From Bispira polyomma (Eukaryota): DNA of 64,000 bases. Position 1 is the stretch's first letter. Every line of letters starts with the position of its first letter. Position numbers and translations under genes: made by a program. This document shows, in pieces, positions 40,359 through 52,139 of this stretch. The stretch covers positions 1,178,001 through 1,242,000 of the forward strand of contig OZ287749.1 in the NCBI GenBank assembly GCA_965649765.1, read 5' to 3'. Below the pieces are notes generated by a model. The model worked only from the letters and a program-made list of their open reading frames with translations. It ran no database searches and was not told where the DNA came from.

Positions 40359-41323
40359 CAGCAGTTCCCAGGATTCTTTTCCAAATATACTCCTCGAATT
40401 TCTTTCCAATATGATTGCTGCTTGAAATTTCCACAATCACGCCTGTCATTATGTCATCAATAGTCTAGAGAGTAACCTAGTAGTCGTGTTTAAGTTGCAT
40501 TGTGGGATACAACTAAAATCAACATCATAAATTCATTGTGTGCCCGTTTGAAACTAAAGTTAATCTTACTTCATAAACCTGAGCATATTTAAAAGAGTTT
40601 CCACTTTATAGTCTTGCACAAAGCCGTTTTCAAGGCTAGATGTGTTGAGGTGGTTGCAATCCCAACTTGTGGGTCTTTTAATTGACCCTCCACGTATAAA
40701 GGGCACACACTGTGTTTGTTTAACTTTCACTGGCTGTCATTTTTGATCATAAACAGACCTGGCGGAGAGAGGATCACTTCAAAACAACTAGATAAGTACA
40801 ATTAAGCCCCAGTCACACAGCCCTCACGACCGGTTAAAGAGCTGCTGCGAGCTGGAAATTGAAGAAAAACGGCTGATCACTGGCGATTGCCAGGATCTCT
40901 TTAAGATTTTTTTGTAGCAGTCACACATAAATTCACCTTTTTGTGGTTGGCCACCAGTTGCCTACTACTCTGGCAATGACCAGCGATGAGCAGCATTCGA
41001 TCCACAGCAGCTCTGCAGAGCTGCTAGTGGTCGTCTGCAATCTGTAGAGATCGGTTGTGCGATGATCAGCCACTTTCTAATACCTCCGTGCGAGTGTCGG
41101 CGTCTAATCTGAGATCGTCGTGCGACTATCAAAGACTAGTCAACGTTTGTCGCACGGTTGTGGCAGGTCCGTCGCAGATCCCTCAGGGAGCATATTGGTA
41201 GGGGTATAAATACTGGTAGCCATGCTATAGCTGTCAATATGAAATCAGTTATTGATCAGTAAACATATTAGTTATAGATATTAGATAGATAGTAGTTAGA
41301 TAGTAGTTGCATAGAATGTAATA

Positions 41324-42384
41324 ATGGCATTTTTTGGTCCAGCAGCAGTAGGTCAAATCATGGCTGTGAGAAGGCATCGGCGGCAGGCAGCAGCTGTACT
41401 GTTGTTGGCATACCTCAGGAGGAGGAGGGGAAGGAGGGACAGGCCGTACTGGTCAAGCCCTGGATCAGCAGGCGCATGCAGTTTGTGGCTATGACAACCT
41501 TATGGTGGAGCTGGAGATAGAATCACATAGTGATTTTCTGAACTACCTGAGGATGGAACCAGCAATGTTTCGAGAGTTGCTAGACAGGATGACCCCCCGC
41601 CTGACCAAGAAGGACACCAACTGGAGGCCTGCCCTACAACCTAGTATGAAGTTGGCCATCACTTTGAGGTACCTAACATCGGGTAACAGCTACCACAGCC
41701 TGAGCTATGCCTTCGGAGTGCCCCACAACAGCATTTCTATGTTTGTGAGAGAGACGTGCGAGGCCATAGTGGAAGAATACGATGCCGAGTTGGTGACTCT
41801 GCCCACAACTCCAGAAGCCTGGCGTGCAGTGAGTGACAGATTTCCAAATAGAACTTTCCTTATGCTGTGGGTGCAATCGACGGGAAACACATTGCAATCA
41901 AGGCTCCTAAGAACTCTGGCTCGGTCTATTACAACTACAAGGGCTTCTTCTCCATCATCCTGCTTGGTGTGGTCGATGCAGATTACCAGTTCATCTTTGT
42001 AGACGTCGGTGGCATCGGTTCAACATCGGATTGTTCCATCTCCACAACTCGGACCTGAAAACATAACTGGACAATGACACACTGGGTCTATCACCAGCTG
42101 AGCCACTTCCACATGATGATCAGGACATCCCTTACTTCTTCATCGGTGACGATGCCTTTGGTTTGGTCCCCTACATGATGAAGCCATTTTCCCTATGCAA
42201 CATGACAGATGAAGAGAGAATATTTAACTACAGGTTATCTTGTGCTCGAAGGAGTGCTAAGAATGCCTTTGATATCCTTGCCAATAGGTGACTCTGATTG
42301 TGACTTTGTTATGTTATTGGGTTATTTATTTATTTATTTGATCAATCAATGAATCAATCATTCCAGGTGAATTGTTTATACAGT
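41324..42384 (+). pseudogene. Harbinger-2 DDE transposase, frameshifted and 3'-truncated
   Basis: [45 protein letters not shown]; probable intron 42289-42366. Confidence 0.9.
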
Positions 42385-43690
42385 ACTGCATTAGTACTGT
42401 TAGACTTATCAGCTGCTTTCGACACTATTGATCACAATGTCCTCATTGAAGGACTAAAAACCTGGTTTGGTCTGAAGGACTCTGTCTTGCAATGGTTTGT
42501 TTCCTACTTGTCAGACAGGTACCAGTCTATTAAAATTGGTGATATTCTGTCTGACTTACAAGTGCTGAAATTCAGTGTGCCGCAAGGGTCTGTGCTTGGA
42601 CCACTCCTATTTTCATTATATACTACACCCCTTAGCAAAATTATTTCCTCCTATTCTTCTCTGTAGTATCACTTCTATGCAGATGATACACAGATTTACG
42701 TGTACCTTACTCCTAACACATCAATCGGTGCCCTGGAAGTCCTTCAGAAATGCTTAGCAGATGTTCAAAATTGGACTGCGCTAAATAAGCTCAAGCTGAA
42801 TCCTGCTAAAACCGAATTCATATTGTTTGGGTCGGGCACTCAACGTGCTGAACTGTCAAATTCTTTTCCTGCAAACATTCTTGGGACACTGTTATACCCA
42901 ACTGATAAAGTGAGAAACCTGGGAGTTTTGTTTGACAGTGATTTTTCATTTTCCAGTCATATCCAATCAGTGTGTAAGTCATGCTTCATGGGTCGCAGAG
43001 ACCTTGGGAGAATCAGGAGGTACCTTCAAAAATGGGTTGCAATAACTGCAGCAAATGCTCTGGTTGGTAGCAGACTGGACTACTGCAATTCACTGTACCA
43101 AAAAGGACTTAAAGAAATTGCAATGCATCTAGAACTTATTGGCATGTCTGGTCAGTTGTTCTGCTCAGCTTTCAAATGCTTCACCAATTCTGAAGTCACA
43201 CCACTGGCTCCCTGTTAGGTATCGGTGTGTTTTTAAAGCTGCTACAATAGTATATAAGTTTCTTGATTCAGGTTTGCCTAAATACTTTGAACCACACTTG
43301 AGTTACTACAAGTGCAATGTCAATACCAGGAGAGCCGCTCCCAAAAATAGATTCCTTCTTGTTCCAAAATATAAGTCCAAAGTACACAGGTCAAAAGTTC
43401 ACTTTGATAAAAATTTTGCAAGTGATGCCCCTACCCTATGGAATAGTTTGCCTCAACACATTAGGACAGCTCCGTCCCTGTATTCCTTCCAGCGCAGTTT
43501 AAAGACCTATCTGTTCAATGATGCATTCCTTCCATAGTCTCTTTCCCATTCTCGGTGGACGCATTGATGACGACTTCCTTCTGTCTATCACCTATGTTTT
43601 TCGACTCTAGCTGTGGTTTTTTTGCGTCTTAGAATTCGTTACAACGAATATAAGCGCTAAAAAAGTCTGTTATATTATATTATTATTATT
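42385..43690 (+). mobile_element. 5'-truncated L2 LINE inserted in Harbinger-2
   Basis: [31 protein letters not shown]; 3' UTR and (TAT)n tail; inverted near-copy of 32121-33400. Confidence 0.93.
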
Positions 43691-43811
43691 AATAAAAGTG
43701 CCTCTGCACAGAACGTTATTTCAGTTCTCATTGAGTTTCTTAAAACTAGTAGAGAATAATCTTGAGCTAGCAAGTGAACCACAGGAAACCAGAGCAGACC
43801 ACAGGAGACTC

Positions 43812-44055
43812 TGAGCTTGATCTTGTCTGATTTCTAAATAATAAATGTTGTGGTAAACCTTAAGCATGATGCTTCACAACATTTATTATTTGAACTTGGG
43901 ATTTGTGATGACCTTAAGAGTATGAGCTTGACCTTGTCTGAGTTCTAAATAATAAATGTTGTGGTAAACGTTAAGCCTGGCTCTTCACAACATTTATTAT
44001 TTGAACTTGGGATTTGTGATGACCTTAAGAGTATGAGCTTCCCTTGTCTGAGTTG
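43812..44055. repeat. 111-bp tandem repeat (about 2.2 copies), each unit with a 17-bp perfect inverted repeat
   Basis: aaataataaatgttgtg..cacaacatttattattt starting at 43836 and 43947. Confidence 0.85.
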
Positions 44056-44499
44056 TAAACATTAAATTTAATGTGGACCCAGTCTATGAGACCAGGGCTA
44101 ACTATAACTTTGGCACAGCCACAACATCAATCTCCAAAAGGTCAAGATTTAATCCAAAAAGTTATACACCAAAGGTCAAGTTCAAAATTTTTAAGTTATA
44201 CACCACCAAAAGTCAAGTTCAGTTTTGAAATGTTAAACCCATTAATTTATTTCAAGTAAAAAAAGCCTGTAAATAACAATAACTAATTTATTTAACAAAA
44301 TAACATCCACTTAAATATAACATACATGCATAGGTCACAGTTAGAATTGTCACAAATTCCCAAAGAGCACAGTTCCAACTACCCTCCCAACCCCAACCCC
44401 ATAACAGTCACACTACCACCGATGTCCCCGCCTACTGCTGTCCCTCTCGCTAGCCACCACTACTCTGGTCACTCGCATACATGTACCTCACCACATCTA

Positions 44500-46240
44500 C
44501 AGTGCCAGCCTCAGTCGTTTGAGTGGGCTGAGTTTGAGGTGTCCTTTGGGGACCTGACCGTCTTCTGCCGCATCATGGCCTCGAAGGTCTCCTGCATAAA
44601 AGTATCTCACTGCTGGTCGATGAGACCATTCGACTTCGTCCCAACACAGTGGCAGAAGGACAGTCTGGGGTTGTTGGCCGCTGACACCTGCACCTGATCG
44701 TGCCGCTTAAAGGTGGCGATATGGTCTGCCAGCTGGATTATGGCATGGTCCGCCCTCCGGGCAGTAGTCTTTGTGGTCTCGGTCTTGAACCCTGGGCGCC
44801 GTTGCTGGGGCCAGCCTGATCAACACGGCTGGAATCTGAAAGGTTAGGGTGCGTGGGACTTGACTCCGCCCTGACATCAAAAGAAGGAGCTGTGGCCAGA
44901 TTGGAGATCTCATCATCGTCCTCCAAGTCATCTATGTTTGGCAAGGGAGGCGCAAGCCCCAACCTTCTACTCTTAGACCGGGCCACCAGATGCACCTCAA
45001 GGAATTGTAACAATGCTAGTGTCCATCTCTGGCGAGCAGTTGGAGCCTTGGTTGCCTGGCCGGACTTGGTTTTCTTTTTGAGTTTGCCATAAATGGTCCT
45101 CATCGACTTGAACCAGGTGTTAATGAAAAAGTACAAGTACAGCTGTTAAGTACAATGGTAAGTATTGAGTAAGTATTTGGGTGAGTACATAATAAACTCA
45201 GTCACAGCAATAGCTCTGGTCTGTAAATAATATGTTATAGTACACAATTACTGGTTACTGGTCAATCCAATAATACTATTAAGCTAAAACACATGCAGTT
45301 ACACTTGTAATTATGTATTAATTATACATTAATGCAAGTTATTATTAGCAATAACCCGGAGAATAACATTTGAAAACTTTCTTAAAATTAAATTAGGTAT
45401 TAATTATATATTAATGCAAGTTATTACTAGCAATACCCGGAGAATAACATTTGAAAACTTTTTTAAAATCAAATACAATCTTAACCAATGTAAAGCTGAA
45501 ATACATGCAGCCACAATTTGAATTATACATTAATGTAAGTTATTACTAGAAACAAGCCCGATAAGAAAATTATATGAAACAAATTTACTGACAGTAATTT
45601 GATATTTTAAAGCTAAAGTGAATTACATAATTACACATTTGACTTTTGATAAACTTTTTAAAACTACAAACATTATAATCTAAGCCCAATATAAACCTGA
45701 AATATATGCAGTCACAATTTTAATTAGATATAAATGCAACTTACCAGTGAGCCCCATAATTTCTCCTTGTTTGGCCGGAACACAGGACTTCTTGGCCCTG
45801 TTCTTGAAGTCCTGCAGCGACTGATCACAGAACAAAGGCTGTGCTGCAAAGAAGTCCACCAATTGCTGCTCTTGCTCTTCAGACATTTGGTCGGTGACCT
45901 TTAGCGTCTTGGTGACCCCCCATATTCATCCTCCTCCTCCTCCTCATCATCATCCCCTGGAGGGGACCGGGGAGGGTCCGGGTCCACACTCCCGGAGGCA
46001 GTCTCCTTCACCAGAGTGGCTTTAGTCTTTGTAGTGACAGTGGTGGGTCCATCCTCAGTTGGAGCTGTGTTTTGATTGAGCCTATGGTACAATGGTGCCA
46101 GTACCCTCAACCTCAGCTGTGATATTAGCTTCAAGGATCTTTAACACAACCCCAGCCAACTCAGTTTCTTCCTGAAACATGGGTTCCTGAGACAGAAGAA
46201 GCTCCTCAGAGTCTCCCTTCTTCTTCCCCTTCCCCTTATT
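44500..46240 (-). pseudogene. Harbinger-2 MADF/Myb-SANT accessory gene, intron-containing, disrupted
   Basis: EQEQQLVDFFAAQPLFCDQSLQDFKNRAKK, donor g|gtaagt near 45744, AT-rich repetitive intron, then WFKSMRTIYGKL..PTARQRW; limits approximate. Confidence 0.8.
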
Positions 46241-47289
46241 AGTGTAATCACTTTAGGAGGCAGTATTTTATATAACAGTTTTAAACAGAAAAAACAACTC
46301 AAAATCTATTATATCCAGTAGTAGAAAACGTCCGCGTACACCTAAAGACTTCATTAAATTGATCGCCAAATAGCAAAGACCCCCTATTTATACCCTTAGA
46401 GACCTATCGCCGACCAGTCTTTTTTGGCTCTTTAGTTGCTCTGCGAGAGGTTTCTGATTAGTTGCCGACCGGTGGGCGGGGTTTTTCAAATAATAGGGGA
46501 GCGTTCTTCGATAATTTGATTGGTCGGCGATATGAAGTGAGTGGTGGCAAGTCCACTCGGGGATTAGTTGTAGACTGGTTAGAGAATGAATGGAGATCAA
46601 TGAATACCCGTCGGGGATTTTCTTTTGATGATAGACATGTCGGCGACAGGTGGTGCATCTGCTCGGGATTTGGGATTAGTTGCCGTCTTGCTGAGATCAC
46701 CAAATATTGGCTTTTTGATCGGCGACTGATTTTTAGACTGGTCGGCGACATATTTTAGATGGGTTACCGATTAAAGATATGAAAGACCAGTTAAAAACAA
46801 ACAAAAACCTGTGAAGAGCTGTGGCATGGAGGTGGCACATTCTAAGAAACCTATCACAGATCAGTGGGAGATCAAACAAAGACCTCCAGCAATCATCTGG
46901 ATCGTAGAGAGGAATCACTTGTAAACAGACTAACCTCTCTCTGAGCAAAACCTCCAGCAACCTCTACCGATCGAACGCAAGAGAGTTTAAAGATAACAAA
47001 AGACCTCCAGCAACCTATGCCAGTTTCCAGGTCTCAGCAGCTCTTTAACTGTACGTGAGGACTGTATGACTGGCCCTTTAAAGGAACCTTTTTTCTTTTC
47101 AGTGGGTGATGGGTCATGTTTTAGTGGCTTTATTTAGTAGGCCTTTCATCGTAACTTACCTCATATGATCAGTTATTTGCCCTAAGTGTGTCTTGCTTTG
47201 TAGCATTCTTGCTATAAATATTTATACCATTTCCCAAAAAGGCGTCGTTGAATGAATCTTCTAAAATATTGTTGGTATCAAGTAAGTAA

Positions 47290-47770
47290 TGTTACAAACT
47301 TACGACTTGCAAACTGAATCAGCACTGGTCTTGGTTTGTGAAGATTTGGCTGTGCACCTAGTCTGTGACAGTTAACAACACGTACACAACCACCTTTAGT
47401 ACCTGGTCATTTTCCCACTAATAGAGCAGCAACAGTCCCGGTAAGACCACTTGAGGTTTCATTGCTATCCTCACTCAACCCATCCAAGATTAGATTTTCT
47501 CTTTAGGTAAATTTCTCAAAGGCTTCTTTTAATTTACTATTTTCAACTTTGAGTGCACTGAATTGCGTAGTTAATTTATCAATCTCCTTAGCATGGTTTT
47601 TTACAACTTTGACGGTTGTATGAAATTTACTGTAGTTCGATTTAAAACTTGGTATGACTAATTTAATTGCTTGCATCTCTTTGTCAAAATTGACATCAAA
47701 ATTTAGAAACCATGCAGGTGCATCATTGGGATCCGTAATTGTATAGATATACAACAGAACAAATACGAGT
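47290..47770 (-). mobile_element. LINE ORF1 remnant (coiled coil plus RRM-like)
   Basis: LKVENSKLKE coiled coil, NLILDGLSE, CHRLG, PRPVLIQF; putative 5' UTR with a ~185-bp duplication extends to about 48300. Confidence 0.65.
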
Positions 47771-48408
47771 ACTAGGTATAGAGTATAGACACTAAATGTT
47801 CTCCCACTAGGTCTGATTTGCCCTAGGTGTAGTTACTAAATAATTCCCCATACTTTATTCACTGCTTATGATCCGCAATTATCCCCCATTATCACTCACT
47901 TTAAATATTAACAGAGTTAATTCGAGAACTCCTTGCTTGGCATAGTATGTGCTATGTATTTGAGTGATCCATAATTTTACAGGAATACAACAAATAAGTA
48001 CCAATACTTGATATTGGTTACTAGATTGTTTCCCATACTTCACTGCTTATGATCTACAATTGACCCCCATAATCACTCGCTTTGAATATTAACAGTCAAT
48101 TCTAGAACACCTTGCATATGTGCTATATACTTGAGTGATCCATAATTTTATAGAAATACAAGAAAACAACTATTAATACTAAGTATAAGTCACTAAATTA
48201 GGCCATGAAGACCAAGATATTATTAAAAACACGCCGCAATGTGGTGCACGCTAAATCTATGCGTGTGATCTCTGTTGAACCCCACGCTTTTTAGAATTAA
48301 AAACAAGAAGTAAACATTTTATACATAAATGATTATAAGTCAGTAGTGCCAGGCAAAATCATTATGGTTATGTTAAAAATAATTGCATGGTACAGACATA
48401 CAACCTAC

Positions 48409-48671
48409 CTGTTTTGAGAATTTGCCAGAAGTTTGCAATGTAATGTTCATCACTCCTTTCGTCCGAATACGCACAAACAGCAATTCAAATTTTGTTGTGT
48501 GCTCGGTTGGCAGCAATCTGGCAAGTATTTTGTTTTCTCCTATTGGCTTATATGATTTACCAGATGATCTTAAGATAATTGGATCTTCAATTCTAGCGCC
48601 ATTATGGTCCAGCGAAAAGCTACCATTTCTATAAATGGCTTGTACAGTGTTCTCAGGTGGATAACAGGAAG
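48409..48671 (-). CDS. Host gene exon, repeat domain 2 first half (SCYPPEN..VRIRTKGVMNITLQTSGKFSKQ)
   Basis: atttttag acceptor, gtaggt donor, 263 nt, phase 1 to 0, open; same Cys-start and beta-strand pattern as the other first halves. Confidence 0.75.
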
Positions 48672-49431
48672 CTAAAAATGCACGCAATATACTTTAAAAA
48701 TACAAGTGCATGTGTAATACAATTTGATGTTCTTGGAGATAAAAATAACAATTCTTTAAAAGTTAAGATAATATTAAACAAAAAGTAAATTTAATTGTCT
48801 ACTACATAGGTCTACATTATCGGTAAACCCAACAGTGTTGACACATTTCAGGATTAGGAGGATTACAAATGATAATTTTACTACTGGTGAACAGCCAATT
48901 CTAAGAATTTATTGCCACAGCTGTTAACACAGGGAAAATACACTATATGATCCCATCATAAGAGTATTGTTCTTGTTTATGTGCAAATGACAAACAAATT
49001 CCAGTTTCAAACATTGATCACATATGTGTCTCTGTGGCTGATAATAGTCTATTTATTTATGTCAAATGTTATCAAAAACCAGCGAGAACTCACATTCAAA
49101 ATTATTTGTATATTTAGCTTACTTCCATTCGGGTGTTTTTTGATGGGCTAATGAATATTCATAAATGACATATAAAGATATATAAAGAAATGGTAACAGC
49201 ATTACTATGAACATGTATACTATTACCACAATAAACCTGAGACAGTAATCATTTTTATCTTTTTTTAAAATTTTGTTTTATTTCGACTGAAATATGCTTA
49301 TTGGACGGCTAAATGTTGTGTAGTTGAGATTATATTAACCTACCATCTTGGAAATGTAAATTTTGGCTTTCATTTATAGTTAAGAACAGTTCACATTTTA
49401 AACAGGTCATTCAATTCAGAAGCTTTAAATA

Positions 49432-49849
49432 TGAAGTGGTTACGCTAGTGAAGCGGTTACGCAATTACGTGACAGTTTCTATGTGGTGTCCATGCTTTGT
49501 GCAGCAGGAAGTAAAGGCCTGCACTTCTCAGCATTTTCACTGTTCTGGTTGAAGGAAAACAAGTAGTAGTCAACAACAGGAGGAATCATGAGGTGTTAGG
49601 ATGTTGGGGTGAAACCCACATATTTATTTTCTAGTGTTTTCTAGGTATTGATATTTAGCTTAGTAGATATGTTAGATGTAATTTCTTGATTCTCAGCTAG
49701 CTCCAGCATTGCTGGTAAAACAGCACATCAATGTAAATATGTTTGATCAATGTAAATATGTTTGACATCAAAATAAATATATATTTGGTTTACTTATTTT
49801 TCTTTTTCTAGAAATTGATAATATATATAATTTGGCTCGGAACATTACA
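49432..49849 (+). repeat. 5' LTR (418 bp, two internal deletions)
   Basis: TG..CA; colinear with the 3' LTR except for two missing blocks and a 19-bp duplication. Confidence 0.9.
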
Positions 49850-50099
49850 AATTTGCTGACAGTGGTGGGATTTGCCAAGGTAAAACTTGGTTCATCCTAG
49901 GGTAAAGTTCCGTGAAGGTAAAACTTTACCGAAATTTAGTTGATAAGAATAATATTTTAAAAACTTAAACTTTGACAGATTTGTTTTATTTTTAGATATG
50001 TTGTAATACTGTTGAGGTTAAACTTGACAGATATATATATATTTTTTGTTTTTGTTTTAATTTTAATGTCTGTTGAATTTAAACTTAATGTAAGTTTTA

Positions 50100-50380
50100 T
50101 TTCAGATATGTTACAGTTCTGTTAAGGTAAAACTTGACAGTAAGGTATCTGTTGAGGTAAAACTTAACAGTAAGTCTTTGTATTGAAGTAAAACTTCGTA
50201 GCAAGGTCTGTGTCGGGGTAAAACGTGACAGTAAGTTTTCTGTTGAGGTAAAACTTAACAGTTAGTCTTTTTGTTAAGGTAAAACTTGGCAGTAAGGTCT
50301 TTGTTGAGGTAAAACTTAACTGTAAGGTCTTTGTTAATGTGAAACTTGACAGTAAGGTTAGGATTAAGGTCATACTCGGT
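50100..50380. repeat. About 30-bp tandem repeats in the Gypsy 5' leader
   Basis: tgttgaggtaaaacttaacagtaaggtct-like unit, about 8 copies. Confidence 0.85.
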
Positions 50381-50499
50381 AGTAATTTTGAAGTTATAAG
50401 GTGATTTTAAGTTAGTTTTAGTACTGAACTATAGCTTAAGGTTACAGACAGGCAGTTAAGTTGATTAGTTAGTTGCAGTTTTATGTGGGACTTCAGAGA

Positions 50500-52090
50500 T
50501 GGCTGGGCAGCAGGGTAGAATCCCAGCGGCCATGAAGTGGGTAATGAAGTAGATGACCAAGGTACTAATAGTAAGATGTTACTGGAAAGGTTAGATCAGA
50601 CTGAAAGGGGCTCAGTAGGTTATGGTCAGGGCCATGGGATTCAGTATTCTCCCCAAAGGCAGGGTTACTATAGGGATACCCCTACTTGAGGTCATCACAA
50701 GGATTCTCCAGGTAGGGGTAATGGGTCCAGTTATTCTGCACAGTGCAGAAGCCTAAGGCATAATGCAGAAAGGAAGGGATAAACCCCATTTTCTGATTTT
50801 GACCATCAGAGGGGTTACCGAGAAGCTCCAGGAGGTAAAACTCCCAGAAGAATTGAGTTTGAAAATGATAAGGGTTATGCAGGGAACACCTCTAGACACG
50901 GAGCTCCATTAGATCCCATGGGGAAACAGTATTATGGCAGGGATGGTTATGGTTCATCAGTAGAGAGGGGACATACTTATCCTTTAGTGAGCTATAATTC
51001 CACACCAGGGTATCGACCAGTAGATGGCAGAGATAGGGCTAAAGGCACATATTCCATACATAGATCCATTATTGGCAGGGTATAGAGATATTGAGGCGCC
51101 AAGGTCTGACGGTAGGGCATTGCAGGCTCGTAAGAATCTAAAGGCTCCACTTTTCAACGGAGATGTAAGTTTTAAAAATTTTTTGGTGCAATTCAAACTG
51201 ATAGCTCAGTTGGCTGGGTGGGATTTGCAAACGATCGCTTTGGAGTTAGCAGCTTGTCTTAGGGAAACAGCTGTTGCTGTTTTAAGTGACCTCCAGAGTC
51301 ATGAGAGAGTACATTTTCCTTCTTTGGTAAAGGCTCTATGCAATAGGTTTGAACCAGAAAATCAGAAGCAATTACATAAGGCTCAATTGAAGGGTAGGCT
51401 AAGGAAAAGTGGTGAATCTATTCCAGAGTTGGCACAAGATGTAAGTCGCCTTGTCCGAAATGGCTTTGTCGAGTTGCCTAGTTCTTTAAGGGATGGGATG
51501 GCCAAAGATAATTTTATTGAGGCATTGAATAATAGAGACTTAGATATGGCAGTGTTCCAAAGTAAGCCCAAAACTCTTCAGGAAGCTGCAAATGTCGCTA
51601 TTGAATATGAAGCTTTCCAAGCTACCTGGCAAAGGAAACCACAAGCTGTTAGGGGTTGTTTGCAATCTAAGATATCTACACATGAAGGGCTTGATCAATG
51701 TAAAGTTTCTCAGATGGGAAGGGATTTGGAAGGTTTGAGGGTTTCTAAGGCTATCACAGTTGAGACTTAGGAGAAGGGCCACGGAAGTGGATTTGGTAAT
51801 AAGTCCAAGGGTTGTTTCCTCTGTGGTGAGAGAGGACATTTTAATGTCCATTGTCCATTAGTTGGGTCTGGTAAAACAGACACAGTGAAAAGGACGAAAT
51901 GTAACATTCGATTTTTGTGGGAAGAAGGGTCATACATTGTCAAATTGTTGGAGCTACAGGCTGGAAAGGAAGCCTTCTTCTTCAATATGTGTCTTTTGTG
52001 GAGTTAAGGGACATTTCATGATTGATTGTGGCAAATATAAGTCTTCACTTGGTGTTGGGACTCATTTAAACTATATCCAGCTGGATTAGA
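50500..52090 (+). pseudogene. Gypsy gag with up to three CCHC zinc knuckles
   Basis: FNGD..F..QF..IA..GW capsid-like region; knuckles CFLCGERGHFNVHC and CVFCGVKGHFMIDC plus a frameshifted one between them. Confidence 0.85.
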
Positions 52091-52139
52091 GGTCCGCACG
52101 TCAGCTGAAAGGGTGAAAAGGCCGCAAAGATCAGTGAGT

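Larger units (their letters stand above)
40805..47077 (+). mobile_element. PIF/Harbinger DNA transposon (Harbinger-2), defective, containing an L2 insertion
   Basis: About 56-bp imperfect TIRs (agccccagtcacacagccctcacg.. / agggccagtcatacagtcctcacg..); TTA at 40802-40804 and 47078-47080. Confidence 0.93.

Noticed and set aside
40362-40470. Candidate for the missing domain 2 exon
   Set aside because: The frame runs into the TIR element, has no suitable donor or terminal Cys, and probably belongs to the interrupted LINE
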